Source of the DNA: Alphaproteobacteria bacterium | GTDB lineage: Bacteria; Pseudomonadota; Alphaproteobacteria; Rickettsiales; UBA1997 | Length of the DNA stretch: 56,936 nucleotides | Assembly: GCA_030835745.1 (NCBI GenBank) | Contig: JAUROA010000028.1 | Location: 1 to 56,936, forward strand | Direction: 5' to 3' | Notes under the pieces: model-generated | What the model was told of the DNA's origin: nothing | The model's input: the letters and a program-made list of their open reading frames with translations, nothing else | Database searches by the model: none | Made by a program: the position numbers and the translations under genes | Shown here: positions 9,440 to 19,722 of the stretch, piece by piece | Numbering within the stretch: the stretch's first letter is position 1 | Layout: each line of letters opens with the position of its first letter

Positions 9440-10540
9440 ATGTATAATCTTGGATTTAACAAAGATAAATCTAAAATAACAGTAATTGTTGCCATGTCTG
9501 GAGGTGTTGATTCCTCTGTTGTTGCATGCAAGCTTAAAGAAGAAGGATATAATGTTATTGGTATCACTTTGCAACTATATGATATGGGCTCGATCAGTAA
9601 GAAAAAAAATAGCTGCTGCGCAGGAATAGATGTCTATGATGCTAAAAAAGTTGCTGCTAAATATAATTTTCCTCACTACATAATTAATTATCAGAGCAAT
9701 TTTAAAAACGAAGTTATTGATGATTTTGTTGAATCATATATTAATGGTCAAACACCAATTCCTTGTGTTAAATGCAACCAATCAGTTAAATTTAGAGACC
9801 TACTCAAAGTTGCTAAAGATCTAGGGGCAGATTGTTTAGCTACTGGCCATTATATTAAACAAGTTAAAAATAATAATAACATATTTGAGCTTCATAGAGC
9901 CCTTGATAATAATAAAGATCAAAGCTATTTTCTATTTGCTACAACATATGAACAACTGACCTATCTTAGATTTCCCTTGGGAAATAATGATAAGGAATAT
10001 ACCAGAAATGAAGCAAAAAGACTAGGCCTTGAAATTGCTTCAAAGCCCGACTCGCAAGATATTTGCTTTGTGCCAAATGGTGATTATGCTAGTGTTATTA
10101 AAAAATATCGACCCCAATCATTCAAAGAAGGCGATATTTTACATATAGAATCCAAAAAGAAATTAGGTCAGCATCAAGGTATAATTAATTATACTCTGGG
10201 CCAAAGGAGGAAAATTGGCATATCTTCGCCAAGCCCATTATATGTTGTAAAAATTGACTCTAATCAAAATATAATTTATGTCGGAGAAGAAAAATATCTT
10301 CATAGTCAAAATTTCAAAATCAGAGATATAAACTGGCTGGCAATTGATATTAAGGACAAAATTATCAAAGCCAGCGTTAAACTTCGCTCATCTCAAGAAC
10401 CACAGCCAGCAAAAATAACTATCAATAATGATAATAGCGCCGATATTATCATGAAATCAATGACAAAAGCCATTACCCCTGGCCAGGCATGCGTAATATA
10501 TAGCGATCAAAGAATGTTAGGAGGTGGCTGGATTATATGA
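9440..10540 (+). CDS. mnmA: tRNA 2-thiouridine(34) synthase MnmA
   Basis: PP-loop SGGVDSSV and catalytic Cys context PIPCVKCN; 366 aa. Confidence 0.9.
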   Translation: MYNLGFNKDKSKITVIVAMSGGVDSSVVACKLKEEGYNVIGITLQLYDMGSISKKKNSCCAGIDVYDAKKVAAKYNFPHYIINYQSNFKNEVIDDFVESYINGQTPIPCVKCNQSVKFRDLLKVAKDLGADCLATGHYIKQVKNNNNIFELHRALDNNKDQSYFLFATTYEQLTYLRFPLGNNDKEYTRNEAKRLGLEIASKPDSQDICFVPNGDYASVIKKYRPQSFKEGDILHIESKKKLGQHQGIINYTLGQRRKIGISSPSPLYVVKIDSNQNIIYVGEEKYLHSQNFKIRDINWLAIDIKDKIIKASVKLRSSQEPQPAKITINNDNSADIIMKSMTKAITPGQACVIYSDQRMLGGGWII

Positions 10541-10559
10541 TCGACAAAATCATAAACTA

Positions 10560-10587
10560 TTGACATTAACCAATTAATTTGTAATCT
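10560..10587 (+). promoter_or_regulatory. Candidate sigma70 promoter for lpdA-ilvD (TTGACA-16 nt-TAATCT)
   Basis: -35 TTGACA at 10560-10565 and -10 TAATCT at 10582-10587, about 35 nt upstream of the lpdA ATG. This is a sequence match only. Confidence 0.3.
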
Positions 10588-10622
10588 TGGCATAAATTTT
10601 TTTAAATTTAATCAGTTAAAAA

Positions 10623-12023
10623 ATGTCACAAGATTATGATTTGATCGTCATTGGCGGCGGTCCGGGTGGTTATGTTGCAGCAATTAGAGCTGCCCAATTA
10701 GGCATGAAAGTTGCCTGCGTTGAAAAAAGAAAATCCCTTGGTGGCACTTGTCTCAATGTTGGGTGCATTCCTTCAAAAGCAATGCTTGAAACTTCGCATA
10801 AATTTCACGATGCTCATCATAATTTCAAAGATCTTGGTATTGATATTTCAAAACCTAAAATTGATGTTAAAAAATTAGTCAAAAACAAAAATGATATTAT
10901 CTCTGGCCTAACTCAAGGTATTGCAGGCTTATTTAAAAAAAATAAAATAGAACATATTATTGGTCATGCAAAATTTATTGATCAAAATAATATTGAGGTT
11001 ACTAATGACAAAAAATCTAATAAAATTTCAGCAAAAAATTTCATAATTGCCACAGGATCAGTTGTAACAAATCTAGGCAATGTTGAAATTGACGAAAAAA
11101 CAATTATATCTTCTACTGGCGCATTAGACTTGCCTAAAGTTCCTAAAAAAATGATTATTATAGGTGCTGGAGTTATTGGTCTTGAACTTGGATCTGTATG
11201 GAGCAGATTTGGAAGCGATGTTGAGGTTATCGAATATCTTGATAAAATTACACCTTCTATGGATAATGAAATATCACGCAATTTCCAAAAAATACTGGAA
11301 AAGCAAGGCATTAAATTCAGGCTTTCAACAAAAGTTTTAGATGTTGCTAAAACAAAATCTGGAGCTGAAATTACTATTGAAAATGTCAAAGATTCTAAAA
11401 AAACCAAATTATCAGCAGATATTGTTCTAATTGCCATTGGCAGAAGGCCAAATACTGAAAATCTTGGTCTAGAAAATATTGGCGTAAAAGTAAATGAGCG
11501 TGGCTTTATAGAAAATAACCACCTCAAAACAAATATAGATAATATATTCGCTATTGGCGATGTTACAACCGGCCCTATGCTTGCTCATAAAGCTGAAGAT
11601 GAAGGAGTTGCAGCAGCAGAAATAATCGCTGGTCAAGCTGGTCACGTAAATTACGAAGTAATTCCAAATGTAATTTATACCCATCCTGAAGTTGCATCTG
11701 TTGGCAAAACTGAAGAGGAGCTTAAAAATGCTAATATTTCATATAAGGTTGGTAAATTTTCAATGATGGCTAATTCGAGAGCAAGAGCAACCTATGATGA
11801 TCAAGGTTTTGTAAAAATTCTATCCGATGCAAAAAGCGATAAAATCCTAGGCGTTCACATTATTGCCAGAGAGGCTGGCAACACAATTCATGAGGCTGTA
11901 ATAGCTATGGAATTTGGTGGAAGCGCTGAAGATGTTGCAAGATCTTGCCATGCACATCCAACATATAATGAAGCTGTTAAGGAAGCAGCTATGGCAGTTG
12001 ATAAAAGACAAATTCACAGCTAA
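10623..12023 (+). CDS. lpdA: Dihydrolipoyl dehydrogenase (E3)
   Basis: FAD motif GGGPGGY, redox disulfide [14 protein letters not shown]-terminal HAHPT; 466 aa. Confidence 0.95.
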   Translation: MSQDYDLIVIGGGPGGYVAAIRAAQLGMKVACVEKRKSLGGTCLNVGCIPSKAMLETSHKFHDAHHNFKDLGIDISKPKIDVKKLVKNKNDIISGLTQGIAGLFKKNKIEHIIGHAKFIDQNNIEVTNDKKSNKISAKNFIIATGSVVTNLGNVEIDEKTIISSTGALDLPKVPKKMIIIGAGVIGLELGSVWSRFGSDVEVIEYLDKITPSMDNEISRNFQKILEKQGIKFRLSTKVLDVAKTKSGAEITIENVKDSKKTKLSADIVLIAIGRRPNTENLGLENIGVKVNERGFIENNHLKTNIDNIFAIGDVTTGPMLAHKAEDEGVAAAEIIAGQAGHVNYEVIPNVIYTHPEVASVGKTEEELKNANISYKVGKFSMMANSRARATYDDQGFVKILSDAKSDKILGVHIIAREAGNTIHEAVIAMEFGGSAEDVARSCHAHPTYNEAVKEAAMAVDKRQIHS

Positions 12024-13771
12024 TGTCAAGCAAAATAGATAAATCAAAATTACCTTCTCGCTATGTAACTCATAGTCATGGCTGCGAGGCTAGAAAAACA
12101 ATGCTTTACAATATTAAGACCGAGCTTTACCCAACAGGTCTTAGCGATAGCGATCTTGACAAGCCAATAATTGGTGTTGCAACTGCGTGGAATGAAGCTG
12201 CACCATGCAATATCGCACTTCAAAGACAAGCGCAGCCCGCTAAAAAAGGTGTCAAGGAAGCAGGAGGCACTCCGCGAGAATTTACAACCATTACCGTTAC
12301 TGATGGCATTGCCAATGGCCATCAAGGCATGAAATCCTCACTTGCATCACGAGAAGTTATTGCCGATTCGGTTGAATTAACAGTTAGGGGTCATTGCTAT
12401 GACGCATTAGTGGCAATTGCTGGTTGCGACAAATCTCTTCCTGCCATGATGATGGCAATGTGTCGACTCGATATTGCTAGTGTATTTATGTATGGTGGTT
12501 CTATTTTACCTGGCAGATTTCAAGGAAGAGACGTAACTATTGTCGATGTTTTTGAAGGTGTTGGTCAAAAAGATGCCGGCAAAATGACAGCACATGACTT
12601 GCATCTATTATCAAAAGCTGCGTGCCCTAGTGCAGGCGCATGTGGCGGACAATTTACTGCAAATACCATGGCCTGTGTTAGTGAAGCAATTGGATTGGCG
12701 CTTCCTGGGTCATCTGGCGCTCCTGCACCCTATGAATCTCGCGATCAATATGCCTATATTTCTGGTAGAGCGGTTGTTGATTTAATAAGAAATAAAATAA
12801 CTGCCAGAGATATTGTTACTAAAAAAGCTCTTGAAAATGCTGCAACAATTGTAGCTGCTACTGGTGGGTCAACAAATGCTGCGCTTCATCTTCCAGCTAT
12901 TGCCAATGAATGTGGCATTGATTTCGACTTATTTGATATTGGTAAAATATTCAAAAAAACACCCTATATTACTGATATGAAGCCAGGAGGCAAATATGTT
13001 GCCAAAGATTTATATGAGGCAGGAGGAGTGCAAATGGTTCTTAAAGTTCTTTATGAAGAAGGATTTATTCACGGCGACTGCCTTACTGTAACCGGTAAAA
13101 CAATGGCAGAAAATTTAAAAAATGTTGAATTTAACAAGAATCAAGATGTTGTTTACCATCCAAAAGCTCCTTTATCTAAATCTGGTGGCGTTGTTACATT
13201 GAAAGGCAATCTTGCTCCTGATGGCGCAATTGTCAAAGTTGCTGGCATGTCTAAAGATAAGTTAACTTTTAGTGGTGTTGCAAGATGCTTTGATTGTGAA
13301 GAAGACTGCTTTAAAGCTGTTGAAAATAAAGATTACAAAATTGGCGATGTCTTGGTTATTCGCTATGAAGGACCAAAAGGAGGTCCTGGCATGAGAGAGA
13401 TGCTTGCAACAACTGCTGCAATATATGGTCAAGGCATGGGAGATAAGGTAGCCCTTATTACTGATGGTAGATTTTCAGGAGGGACTAGAGGATTTTGCAT
13501 TGGTCATGTCAGTCCAGAAGCCTATGATGGCGGCATGATAGCCCTGCTCAAAGATGGCGATAAAATTACAATTGACGCCATTAATGGTCAAATATCAGTT
13601 GATATAAGTGCCAAAGAAGTAATGGAGCGCAAAAAAAACTGGCAACCAATTAAAAACCAATATCAAAGTGGTACCTTATGGAAATTTTCACAAACAGTTG
13701 GATCTGCCAGATATGGAGCAGTCACACATGGCGGAGCTAAATCTGAAGTAAAATCATATAAAGATATATAA
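12023..13771 (+). CDS. ilvD: Dihydroxy-acid dehydratase (IlvD/Edd family, short ~580-aa type)
   Basis: Motifs [21 protein letters not shown] and TDGRFSGGT. The ATG shares one base with the lpdA stop (TAATG). Confidence 0.85.
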   Translation: MSSKIDKSKLPSRYVTHSHGCEARKTMLYNIKTELYPTGLSDSDLDKPIIGVATAWNEAAPCNIALQRQAQPAKKGVKEAGGTPREFTTITVTDGIANGHQGMKSSLASREVIADSVELTVRGHCYDALVAIAGCDKSLPAMMMAMCRLDIASVFMYGGSILPGRFQGRDVTIVDVFEGVGQKDAGKMTAHDLHLLSKAACPSAGACGGQFTANTMACVSEAIGLALPGSSGAPAPYESRDQYAYISGRAVVDLIRNKITARDIVTKKALENAATIVAATGGSTNAALHLPAIANECGIDFDLFDIGKIFKKTPYITDMKPGGKYVAKDLYEAGGVQMVLKVLYEEGFIHGDCLTVTGKTMAENLKNVEFNKNQDVVYHPKAPLSKSGGVVTLKGNLAPDGAIVKVAGMSKDKLTFSGVARCFDCEEDCFKAVENKDYKIGDVLVIRYEGPKGGPGMREMLATTAAIYGQGMGDKVALITDGRFSGGTRGFCIGHVSPEAYDGGMIALLKDGDKITIDAINGQISVDISAKEVMERKKNWQPIKNQYQSGTLWKFSQTVGSARYGAVTHGGAKSEVKSYKDI

Positions 13772-13775
13772 TAGC

Positions 13776-14672
13776 TTAAATATGACAATTTGATATTTGA
13801 TTAGTTAACTCATTAATTAAATCAAAATACATTTCTTTATCAGGTTTTTTACCAAAGCCAAGCGGGTCTATTATCTTTACTGAAATTTGATATTTTTTTG
13901 CAAGTTGATTAATAATTTTATTAGTAAAATTATTTTCACTTAAAATACATTTAATATCTTTATTGATAATATCTTTTTTTATATCAATGATATCTTTGGC
14001 GCTTAGAATTTCTTTAGGGCTCTTGGAAATATAATTTATTTTCTTTAAATTATATGATTTAGCGTAATATCGATAGGCATCGTGAAAAAATAATATTTCT
14101 ATATTGGAAATTTTAGCAAGTTTTTTAGCCACTTTTTTATCTAATATTTCCAGCCTATTTATTAAATCCTTACTATTTTTACTATATAATAACTTATTTT
14201 GTGGATATTGATTAATTAATATCTCTGTGAAATTTTTTACAAATTTTATCATTAATTTAACATCAAGCCAAATGTGATAATCGTAACCGCCATGATTATG
14301 TCCATTATCATGGTTATTGGTGGTTAATTTTATTAATTCAATATTAGCAATATCGATAATAGAATATGACTTTTGATATATATTAGAGTTTTTAAAAATA
14401 TTACTTAAGAAAGTCTCGTAATTACTATCAATATATATAATTGATCCGGCTAAATTAGCTTTTTTAATATCTGAGGGCTTTATTATATAATCATGAGGAA
14501 TACTATTATCATTTACAATTATTTTTATATTCTTATTATTGGTAATATTGGCTATTAATGAATATATTGGTTTAATTGTAGATAATATATTGCCTTGCTC
14601 ACTAGCATTTGCGAAATTAAAGTTAAGTGGCAGAGCTATGAAGAATATTGCTAATAATTTGACTAAATTCAT
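13776..14672 (-). CDS. znuA: Periplasmic zinc (Zn/Mn) ABC substrate-binding protein
   Basis: Signal peptide and His-rich loop HDNGHNHGGYDYH. Cluster-9 SBP layout, divergent from znuCB. Confidence 0.8.
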   Translation of the reverse strand: MNLVKLLAIFFIALPLNFNFANASEQGNILSTIKPIYSLIANITNNKNIKIIVNDNSIPHDYIIKPSDIKKANLAGSIIYIDSNYETFLSNIFKNSNIYQKSYSIIDIANIELIKLTTNNHDNGHNHGGYDYHIWLDVKLMIKFVKNFTEILINQYPQNKLLYSKNSKDLINRLEILDKKVAKKLAKISNIEILFFHDAYRYYAKSYNLKKINYISKSPKEILSAKDIIDIKKDIINKDIKCILSENNFTNKIINQLAKKYQISVKIIDPLGFGKKPDKEMYFDLINELTNQISNCHI

Positions 14673-14684
14673 ATTTAAATAATT

Positions 14685-15395
14685 ATGTTGATCAATATAA
14701 ACAATTTAAGCGTCAAACGTCAAGGAAAAAAAATATTAGATAATATTAATCTAAAAATTGATAAAAGCGACTTTACTACAATTATTGGGCCAAATGGTGC
14801 TGGCAAATCAATGCTTGTTAAGACTATAATTGGAGTTGTCAATGCTAATAGCGGATCAATTAGAAAAGCTCCTAATTTAAAAATTGGCTATTTGCCACAA
14901 AAATTCAATATTGATTCTTATTTGCCAATTTCTGCTAAAAGATTTTTAAGCCTGGGTTTTTTAAGCCCCAAATCTTCAATTTTAGATTTAGACAATATTA
15001 TCAATGAATGCAATATTGCTAAAATTATCGATAAACAAATAAGATCATTGTCGGGTGGCGAGCTACAAAGAATTTTACTAGCTTTTAGCCTGATTAATAA
15101 TCCAGATTTATTAATTCTGGATGAACCAGTACAAAATCTTGATATTTCAGGTCAGTTAGAATTTTACAAATTATTAAATAAAATATATCGAAAACGCAAA
15201 TTAAGCATTTTGATGATTTCGCATGATTTGCACATGGTTATGGCTTCAACCAAAAAAGTTATTTGCCTATACAACAAAATATGCTGCCACGGCAAAGCGG
15301 ATATTATAGCAAATGACCCTGAATTTAAATCAATTTTTGGTCATGATATGTCTGAGATGATGGCAATTTATCAACATTCTCACAATAAAAAATGA
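14685..15395 (+). CDS. znuC: Zinc ABC transporter ATPase
   Basis: Walker A GPNGAGKS, signature LSGGELQR, Walker B LLILDEP. Confidence 0.85.
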   Translation: MLININNLSVKRQGKKILDNINLKIDKSDFTTIIGPNGAGKSMLVKTIIGVVNANSGSIRKAPNLKIGYLPQKFNIDSYLPISAKRFLSLGFLSPKSSILDLDNIINECNIAKIIDKQIRSLSGGELQRILLAFSLINNPDLLILDEPVQNLDISGQLEFYKLLNKIYRKRKLSILMISHDLHMVMASTKKVICLYNKICCHGKADIIANDPEFKSIFGHDMSEMMAIYQHSHNKK

Positions 15396-16180
15396 ATATA
15401 ATATTTGAGCCCTTCATATTTAAAGCATTGATCGCTGGCATTATTATTGCAATTTTGGCTGGAATTATTGGATGCTTTATTGTATGGAAAAAAATGGCCT
15501 ATTTTGGCGACTCTCTTGCCCATAGCTCTCTTCTTGGTATTGCTTTTGGGATATTACTTGGCATTAATCTAAATTTTGCAACATTAATTTCATGCCTATT
15601 ATTTGGAATTATTCTAGCTTATATGCAACAAAAAAGAACCTTGGCTACCGACACATTACTTGGAATATTGGCTCATAGCTCATTATCAATTGGTATAATT
15701 GCCATAAGTTTAATGAATGCTAATTTTAATTTGCATAATTATCTATTTGGAGATATTCTTACCGTTTCTATGCAAGAAATATTATGGATTTTAAGCACCT
15801 CTGTCATTATTTTAACCATCTTATATCTAAATTGGCCTAAATTACTATTAATGACAATAGACAGAGATATTGCAAAAGTAAAAGGCATAAATACCTCTAT
15901 TTTAGATATTATTTTAATATTTATGATAACTCTAATTGTTGCCTCGTCAATTAAAATATTTGGAATATTGCTAATTTCTTCAATGCTTATTATACCAGCT
16001 GCAACTGCTAAACAAATTGCTAAATCACCAGAAAAAATGGCTCTTTTAGCAGCATTATTTGGAATTATTTCAGTATTAATTGGCATTATAATTTCAGTTA
16101 TAATTGATGCGCCAACCGGTCCAACTATAGTTGCAACATCTTCGTTATTATTTTTTGCAATTAATAAATTTGCTAATTAG
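15392..16180 (+). CDS. znuB: Zinc ABC transporter permease
   Basis: 262 aa and very hydrophobic (ABC-3 type). ATGA overlap with znuC. Confidence 0.8.
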   Translation: MNIIFEPFIFKALIAGIIIAILAGIIGCFIVWKKMAYFGDSLAHSSLLGIAFGILLGINLNFATLISCLLFGIILAYMQQKRTLATDTLLGILAHSSLSIGIIAISLMNANFNLHNYLFGDILTVSMQEILWILSTSVIILTILYLNWPKLLLMTIDRDIAKVKGINTSILDIILIFMITLIVASSIKIFGILLISSMLIIPAATAKQIAKSPEKMALLAALFGIISVLIGIIISVIIDAPTGPTIVATSSLLFFAINKFAN

Positions 16181-16293
16181 TCATTGTATTTTGATTAATC
16201 GAAATTAAAGTAATATATTATGTTGCCTTGCTTTTCTTGCGGGCTTAACTATTTTATTCTTAATTATCTCTAATATTTTTAAGAATCATTTAT

Positions 16294-16379
16294 GGAGAGA
16301 TGGCCGAGCGGTCAATGGCAGCAGACTGTAAATCTGCCCGCGTTAGCGTACGCAGGTTCGAATCCTGCTCTCTCCACCA
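16294..16379 (+). tRNA. tRNA-Tyr (anticodon GUA), long variable arm, CCA encoded
   Basis: Acceptor GGAGAGA/TCTCTCC, anticodon stem-loop GCAGA-CTGTAAA-TCTGC, T arm GCAGG-TTCGAAT-CCTGC, ending ACCA. Confidence 0.9.
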
Positions 16380-16413
16380 CTCACAAATTTTATTTATTAT
16401 AATTTCTTTTTAA

Positions 16414-18387
16414 TTGGTTGATAAAAAATTTAAACTCAATTCCAAATTCTCACCAGCTGGCGATCAAATTCAGGCAATTTCAAAATTAATTAATGGCCTT
16501 AATAATGGCGATCAAGATCAGTCATTACTTGGCATTACAGGATCTGGTAAAACATTTACCATGGCCAATATTATTTCTAAAACTCAGCGTCCAGCAATGA
16601 TCATGGCTCACAATAAAACCCTAGCAGCCCAAATATATGGCGAGATGAAAGAGTTTTTTCCAGATAATGATATTGGCTATTTTGTATCTTTTTATGATTA
16701 TTACCAGCCAGAAGCATATGTGGCAAAAACCGATACCTATATAGAAAAAGATAGCTCAATAAATGAACAAATCGATAGATTAAGACATAGCGCCACTAGA
16801 TCCCTTCTTGAAAGTAGAGATTCAATTGTTATAGCTTCTGTATCTTGTATATATGGTATTGGTTCACCAGAATTTTACAGCAATATGGTTCTTAGGGTTA
16901 AAGTTGGTGAAAATGTTAATCAGCAAAAATTCTTACTAAGATTAACCGACCTTCAATATCAAAGAAATGATATAAATTTTGAAAGATGCAATTTCCGCGT
17001 AAGAGGAGACGCCCTAGATATTTATGCTTCTCATATGGAGGATAGAGCCTATAGAATTAACTTTTTTGGAGATGAAATTGAAGAAATATTAGAATTTGAC
17101 CCACTAACTGGCGAAAATTTCAATAACTTAAATGAAGTAGCAATATACCCATCATCGCATTATGTAACCCCTAAAGAAAATGTTCACCTTGCAATTAAGT
17201 CAATTAAGTCAGATTTAAAAGAGCATCTAGAATTTCTTGAATCTAATAATAAAATTGTAGAAGCTCAAAGATTAAATCAAAGAACAATTTACGACCTTGA
17301 GATGCTGCAAACAACAGGAACATGTAAAGGAATTGAAAATTATTCTCGCTATTTAACAGCAAGACCAAAAGGAGCTCCGCCCCCAACACTTTTTGAGTAT
17401 CTGCCCCAAGATGCATTATTATTTATTGATGAAAGCCATGTATCAATTCCGCAAATTAATGGCATGTATCGTGGCGATCTAGCTCGCAAATCCACATTGG
17501 TTGAACATGGTTTTAGACTTCCTAGTGCATTAGATAATAGACCGTTAAAATTTGAAGAATGGCAAAAATTTAAACCCCAAACCATATATGTTTCTGCAAC
17601 TCCTGGAAATTACGAAAAAGAAAATTCAACTCAAATTGTTGAGCAAATTATCAGACCAACTGGATTATTAGATCCAATATGTGAAATTAGGCCAATAAAA
17701 AATCAGGTCCAAAACTTGTTACAAGAAGTTAAAGAAACCACTGAAAAGGGTTTTAGAACTTTAGTTACAACTCTAACTAAGAAAATGGCTGAAGATCTAT
17801 GCGACTATTTTAACGATATGAATATTAAGGTTGTTTATATCCATTCCGATGTTGATACCCTAGATAGAATCGAAATAATTCAAGATTTAAGAATAGGAAA
17901 ATATGATTGCCTGATAGGGGTTAATCTTCTTAGAGAAGGTCTTGATATACCAGAATGCGCCCTTGTTGCAATTCTTGATGCAGATAAAGAAGGATTTCTA
18001 AGGAATGAAACATCCCTAATTCAAACCATAGGCAGGGCAGCAAGAAATTCTGAGAGCAAGGTCATATTATATGCTGATAAAGAAACTAAATCAATTAGGT
18101 CTGCAATTAATGAAAATAACAGAAGAAGAGACTTGCAAATAAAACATAATAAAAAACATAACATCACCCCAAAAACAACATTTAAAAAGATTGGCTCAGC
18201 TCTTGAAAACCTCTATAAAAAATCAAATGAAAATGATAATAGCAAAAATAAATCAATACCAAGCGATTCAGAAATTGAGCAATTAAAAAAACAAATGCTA
18301 GAAGCAGCAGCTGATCTTGATTTTGAAAAAGCAGCCGAAATTAGAGATCAATTAAAACAATTTAATAAATTAAAATTATTAACATAG
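16414..18387 (+). CDS. uvrB: Excinuclease ABC subunit B
   Basis: Walker A GSGKT, DESH box (IDESHVS), C-terminal UVR domain [16 protein letters not shown] start 34 nt after tRNA-Tyr. Confidence 0.95.
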   Translation: MVDKKFKLNSKFSPAGDQIQAISKLINGLNNGDQDQSLLGITGSGKTFTMANIISKTQRPAMIMAHNKTLAAQIYGEMKEFFPDNDIGYFVSFYDYYQPEAYVAKTDTYIEKDSSINEQIDRLRHSATRSLLESRDSIVIASVSCIYGIGSPEFYSNMVLRVKVGENVNQQKFLLRLTDLQYQRNDINFERCNFRVRGDALDIYASHMEDRAYRINFFGDEIEEILEFDPLTGENFNNLNEVAIYPSSHYVTPKENVHLAIKSIKSDLKEHLEFLESNNKIVEAQRLNQRTIYDLEMLQTTGTCKGIENYSRYLTARPKGAPPPTLFEYLPQDALLFIDESHVSIPQINGMYRGDLARKSTLVEHGFRLPSALDNRPLKFEEWQKFKPQTIYVSATPGNYEKENSTQIVEQIIRPTGLLDPICEIRPIKNQVQNLLQEVKETTEKGFRTLVTTLTKKMAEDLCDYFNDMNIKVVYIHSDVDTLDRIEIIQDLRIGKYDCLIGVNLLREGLDIPECALVAILDADKEGFLRNETSLIQTIGRAARNSESKVILYADKETKSIRSAINENNRRRDLQIKHNKKHNITPKTTFKKIGSALENLYKKSNENDNSKNKSIPSDSEIEQLKKQMLEAAADLDFEKAAEIRDQLKQFNKLKLLT

Positions 18388-18472
18388 CCACTTGATTTTA
18401 GACGCCAATTTTCTACAAAATATCGCCAATATTAGTTGCAACTCTCCTTGACTTCAACTTACATATATTAAT

Positions 18473-18500
18473 TTGACATCAATTAAAAAAATGTTATAAT
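18473..18500 (+). promoter_or_regulatory. Near-consensus extended -10 sigma70 promoter (TTGACA-16 nt-[TGt]TATAAT) upstream of the ankyrin gene
   Basis: TTGACA at 18473-18478, TG at 18492-18493 and TATAAT at 18495-18500, 45 nt upstream of the ATG at 18545. Confidence 0.4.
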
Positions 18501-18544
18501 ATAACAAATAGTGCAATTGAAAAATAAATTATTATTTTCTTAAA

Positions 18545-19681
18545 ATGAACACAGAGTTAATATTAAATAGTACCTATAAAGATCAATCTTTAACTACGTA
18601 TTGCAACGCTTTACTTAAAGCATGCAAAAATCAGGACCAAGAATCTTTTAAATCAACAATAGGAGAAATAAAAAACTCTCATCGTGAAGAATATCAATTA
18701 GCAAAAATACTGGGTTACATAGATGAAGGCGGTAAAAATTTATTTTTACAGATAATATCGATGGCTAATCCAGATATTGTTCAAATTTTATTAAATGAGG
18801 GAATTATACTGGATGCATTTAAAGACTCTGAAGGAAAAACCGCTTTAATGCATGCTATTGAGGATTATGAATATTCAACTGTAGAAACTTTAATTAAAAA
18901 TGGGTCTGACACAAATTTTAAAATTTATGCCTCAGGTATAACCCCTATGTCCCTTGCAATCTATCATGGTCAAATAGAAATTGTGAAATTGTTGATAGCA
19001 AAAGGGGCCAAGCTTAGTAATATAAAAAATGAGCTCAATATTTTACAATACTCAGCTATGATACATGATGAAAGTGGCACAGATCATATAACAAAAGAAA
19101 TATTAAATATATTACATGATCAAGTTATAAATGATACAGAAAATTCACAAGAAATTAAAAAATTTATAAAAGAATCTGAAAGTTCTATATACATAATAGT
19201 AAAATACAATAATCCAAAAATATTAAAAACATTTTTAGAAGAAGATATATTAGATTCAAATAATAACAATAATCTTTCTATAATTGGCTGCTCTCCTCTA
19301 ATTTATGCCGCACAAAATGATAAAATTGATGAAGCAAAAATATTACTTGATTTCGGTGCTAATATTACTGCAACCGATATTAGAGGAATTGATGCAAAAA
19401 CGCATATAGAAAGATTATTAATTAAGTTTTTAGAAAAACTTTACTCAGAAGATAGAAAAGATTTTAATAAACGCATTAAAAATTTAGAAGAATTGATAAC
19501 ACAATCAGAAGCAAGTGAAGGATTTGAGTATAAAGAAGATTATAAAATTAGAATTGATAGCACTAGTGCCGAAAAAATTATTGATGGCTTACAATTACAG
19601 CCCTCATGCTTTTTAGGTCCTGCTATATATGCATCAAAAGTTTTAAATTCTTGCTTAAAATGCTTCAATCATCAGGGGTAA
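18545..19681 (+). CDS. Ankyrin-repeat protein (378 aa)
   Basis: ANK-like units GKTALMHAIEDYEYSTVETLIKNGSDTN, ITPMSLAIYHGQIEIVKLLIAKGAKL and SPLIYAAQNDKIDEAKILLDFGANI. Confidence 0.8.
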   Translation: MNTELILNSTYKDQSLTTYCNALLKACKNQDQESFKSTIGEIKNSHREEYQLAKILGYIDEGGKNLFLQIISMANPDIVQILLNEGIILDAFKDSEGKTALMHAIEDYEYSTVETLIKNGSDTNFKIYASGITPMSLAIYHGQIEIVKLLIAKGAKLSNIKNELNILQYSAMIHDESGTDHITKEILNILHDQVINDTENSQEIKKFIKESESSIYIIVKYNNPKILKTFLEEDILDSNNNNNLSIIGCSPLIYAAQNDKIDEAKILLDFGANITATDIRGIDAKTHIERLLIKFLEKLYSEDRKDFNKRIKNLEELITQSEASEGFEYKEDYKIRIDSTSAEKIIDGLQLQPSCFLGPAIYASKVLNSCLKCFNHQG

Positions 19682-19722
19682 ATCAAATACCTTTATTAAA
19701 ATAAAATTCTGATGTAATACCA

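Noticed and set aside
9355-9574. Small minus-strand ORFs (70 and 66 aa) spanning the gltA-mnmA spacer and the mnmA 5' end.
   Set aside because: They overlap the well-supported mnmA start and the divergent promoter region. Their peptides are low-complexity and AT-driven with no motifs.
12023-13771. ilvD as a horizontally acquired gene, because its GC (37-53% on the lines I counted) is far above that of neighbours such as addB (about 23%).
   Set aside because: mreB, a core gene, reaches a similar value (about 47% on one line). GC here seems to track protein conservation rather than origin. ilvD is also translationally coupled to lpdA. Proper codon-usage statistics would be needed to revive this idea.
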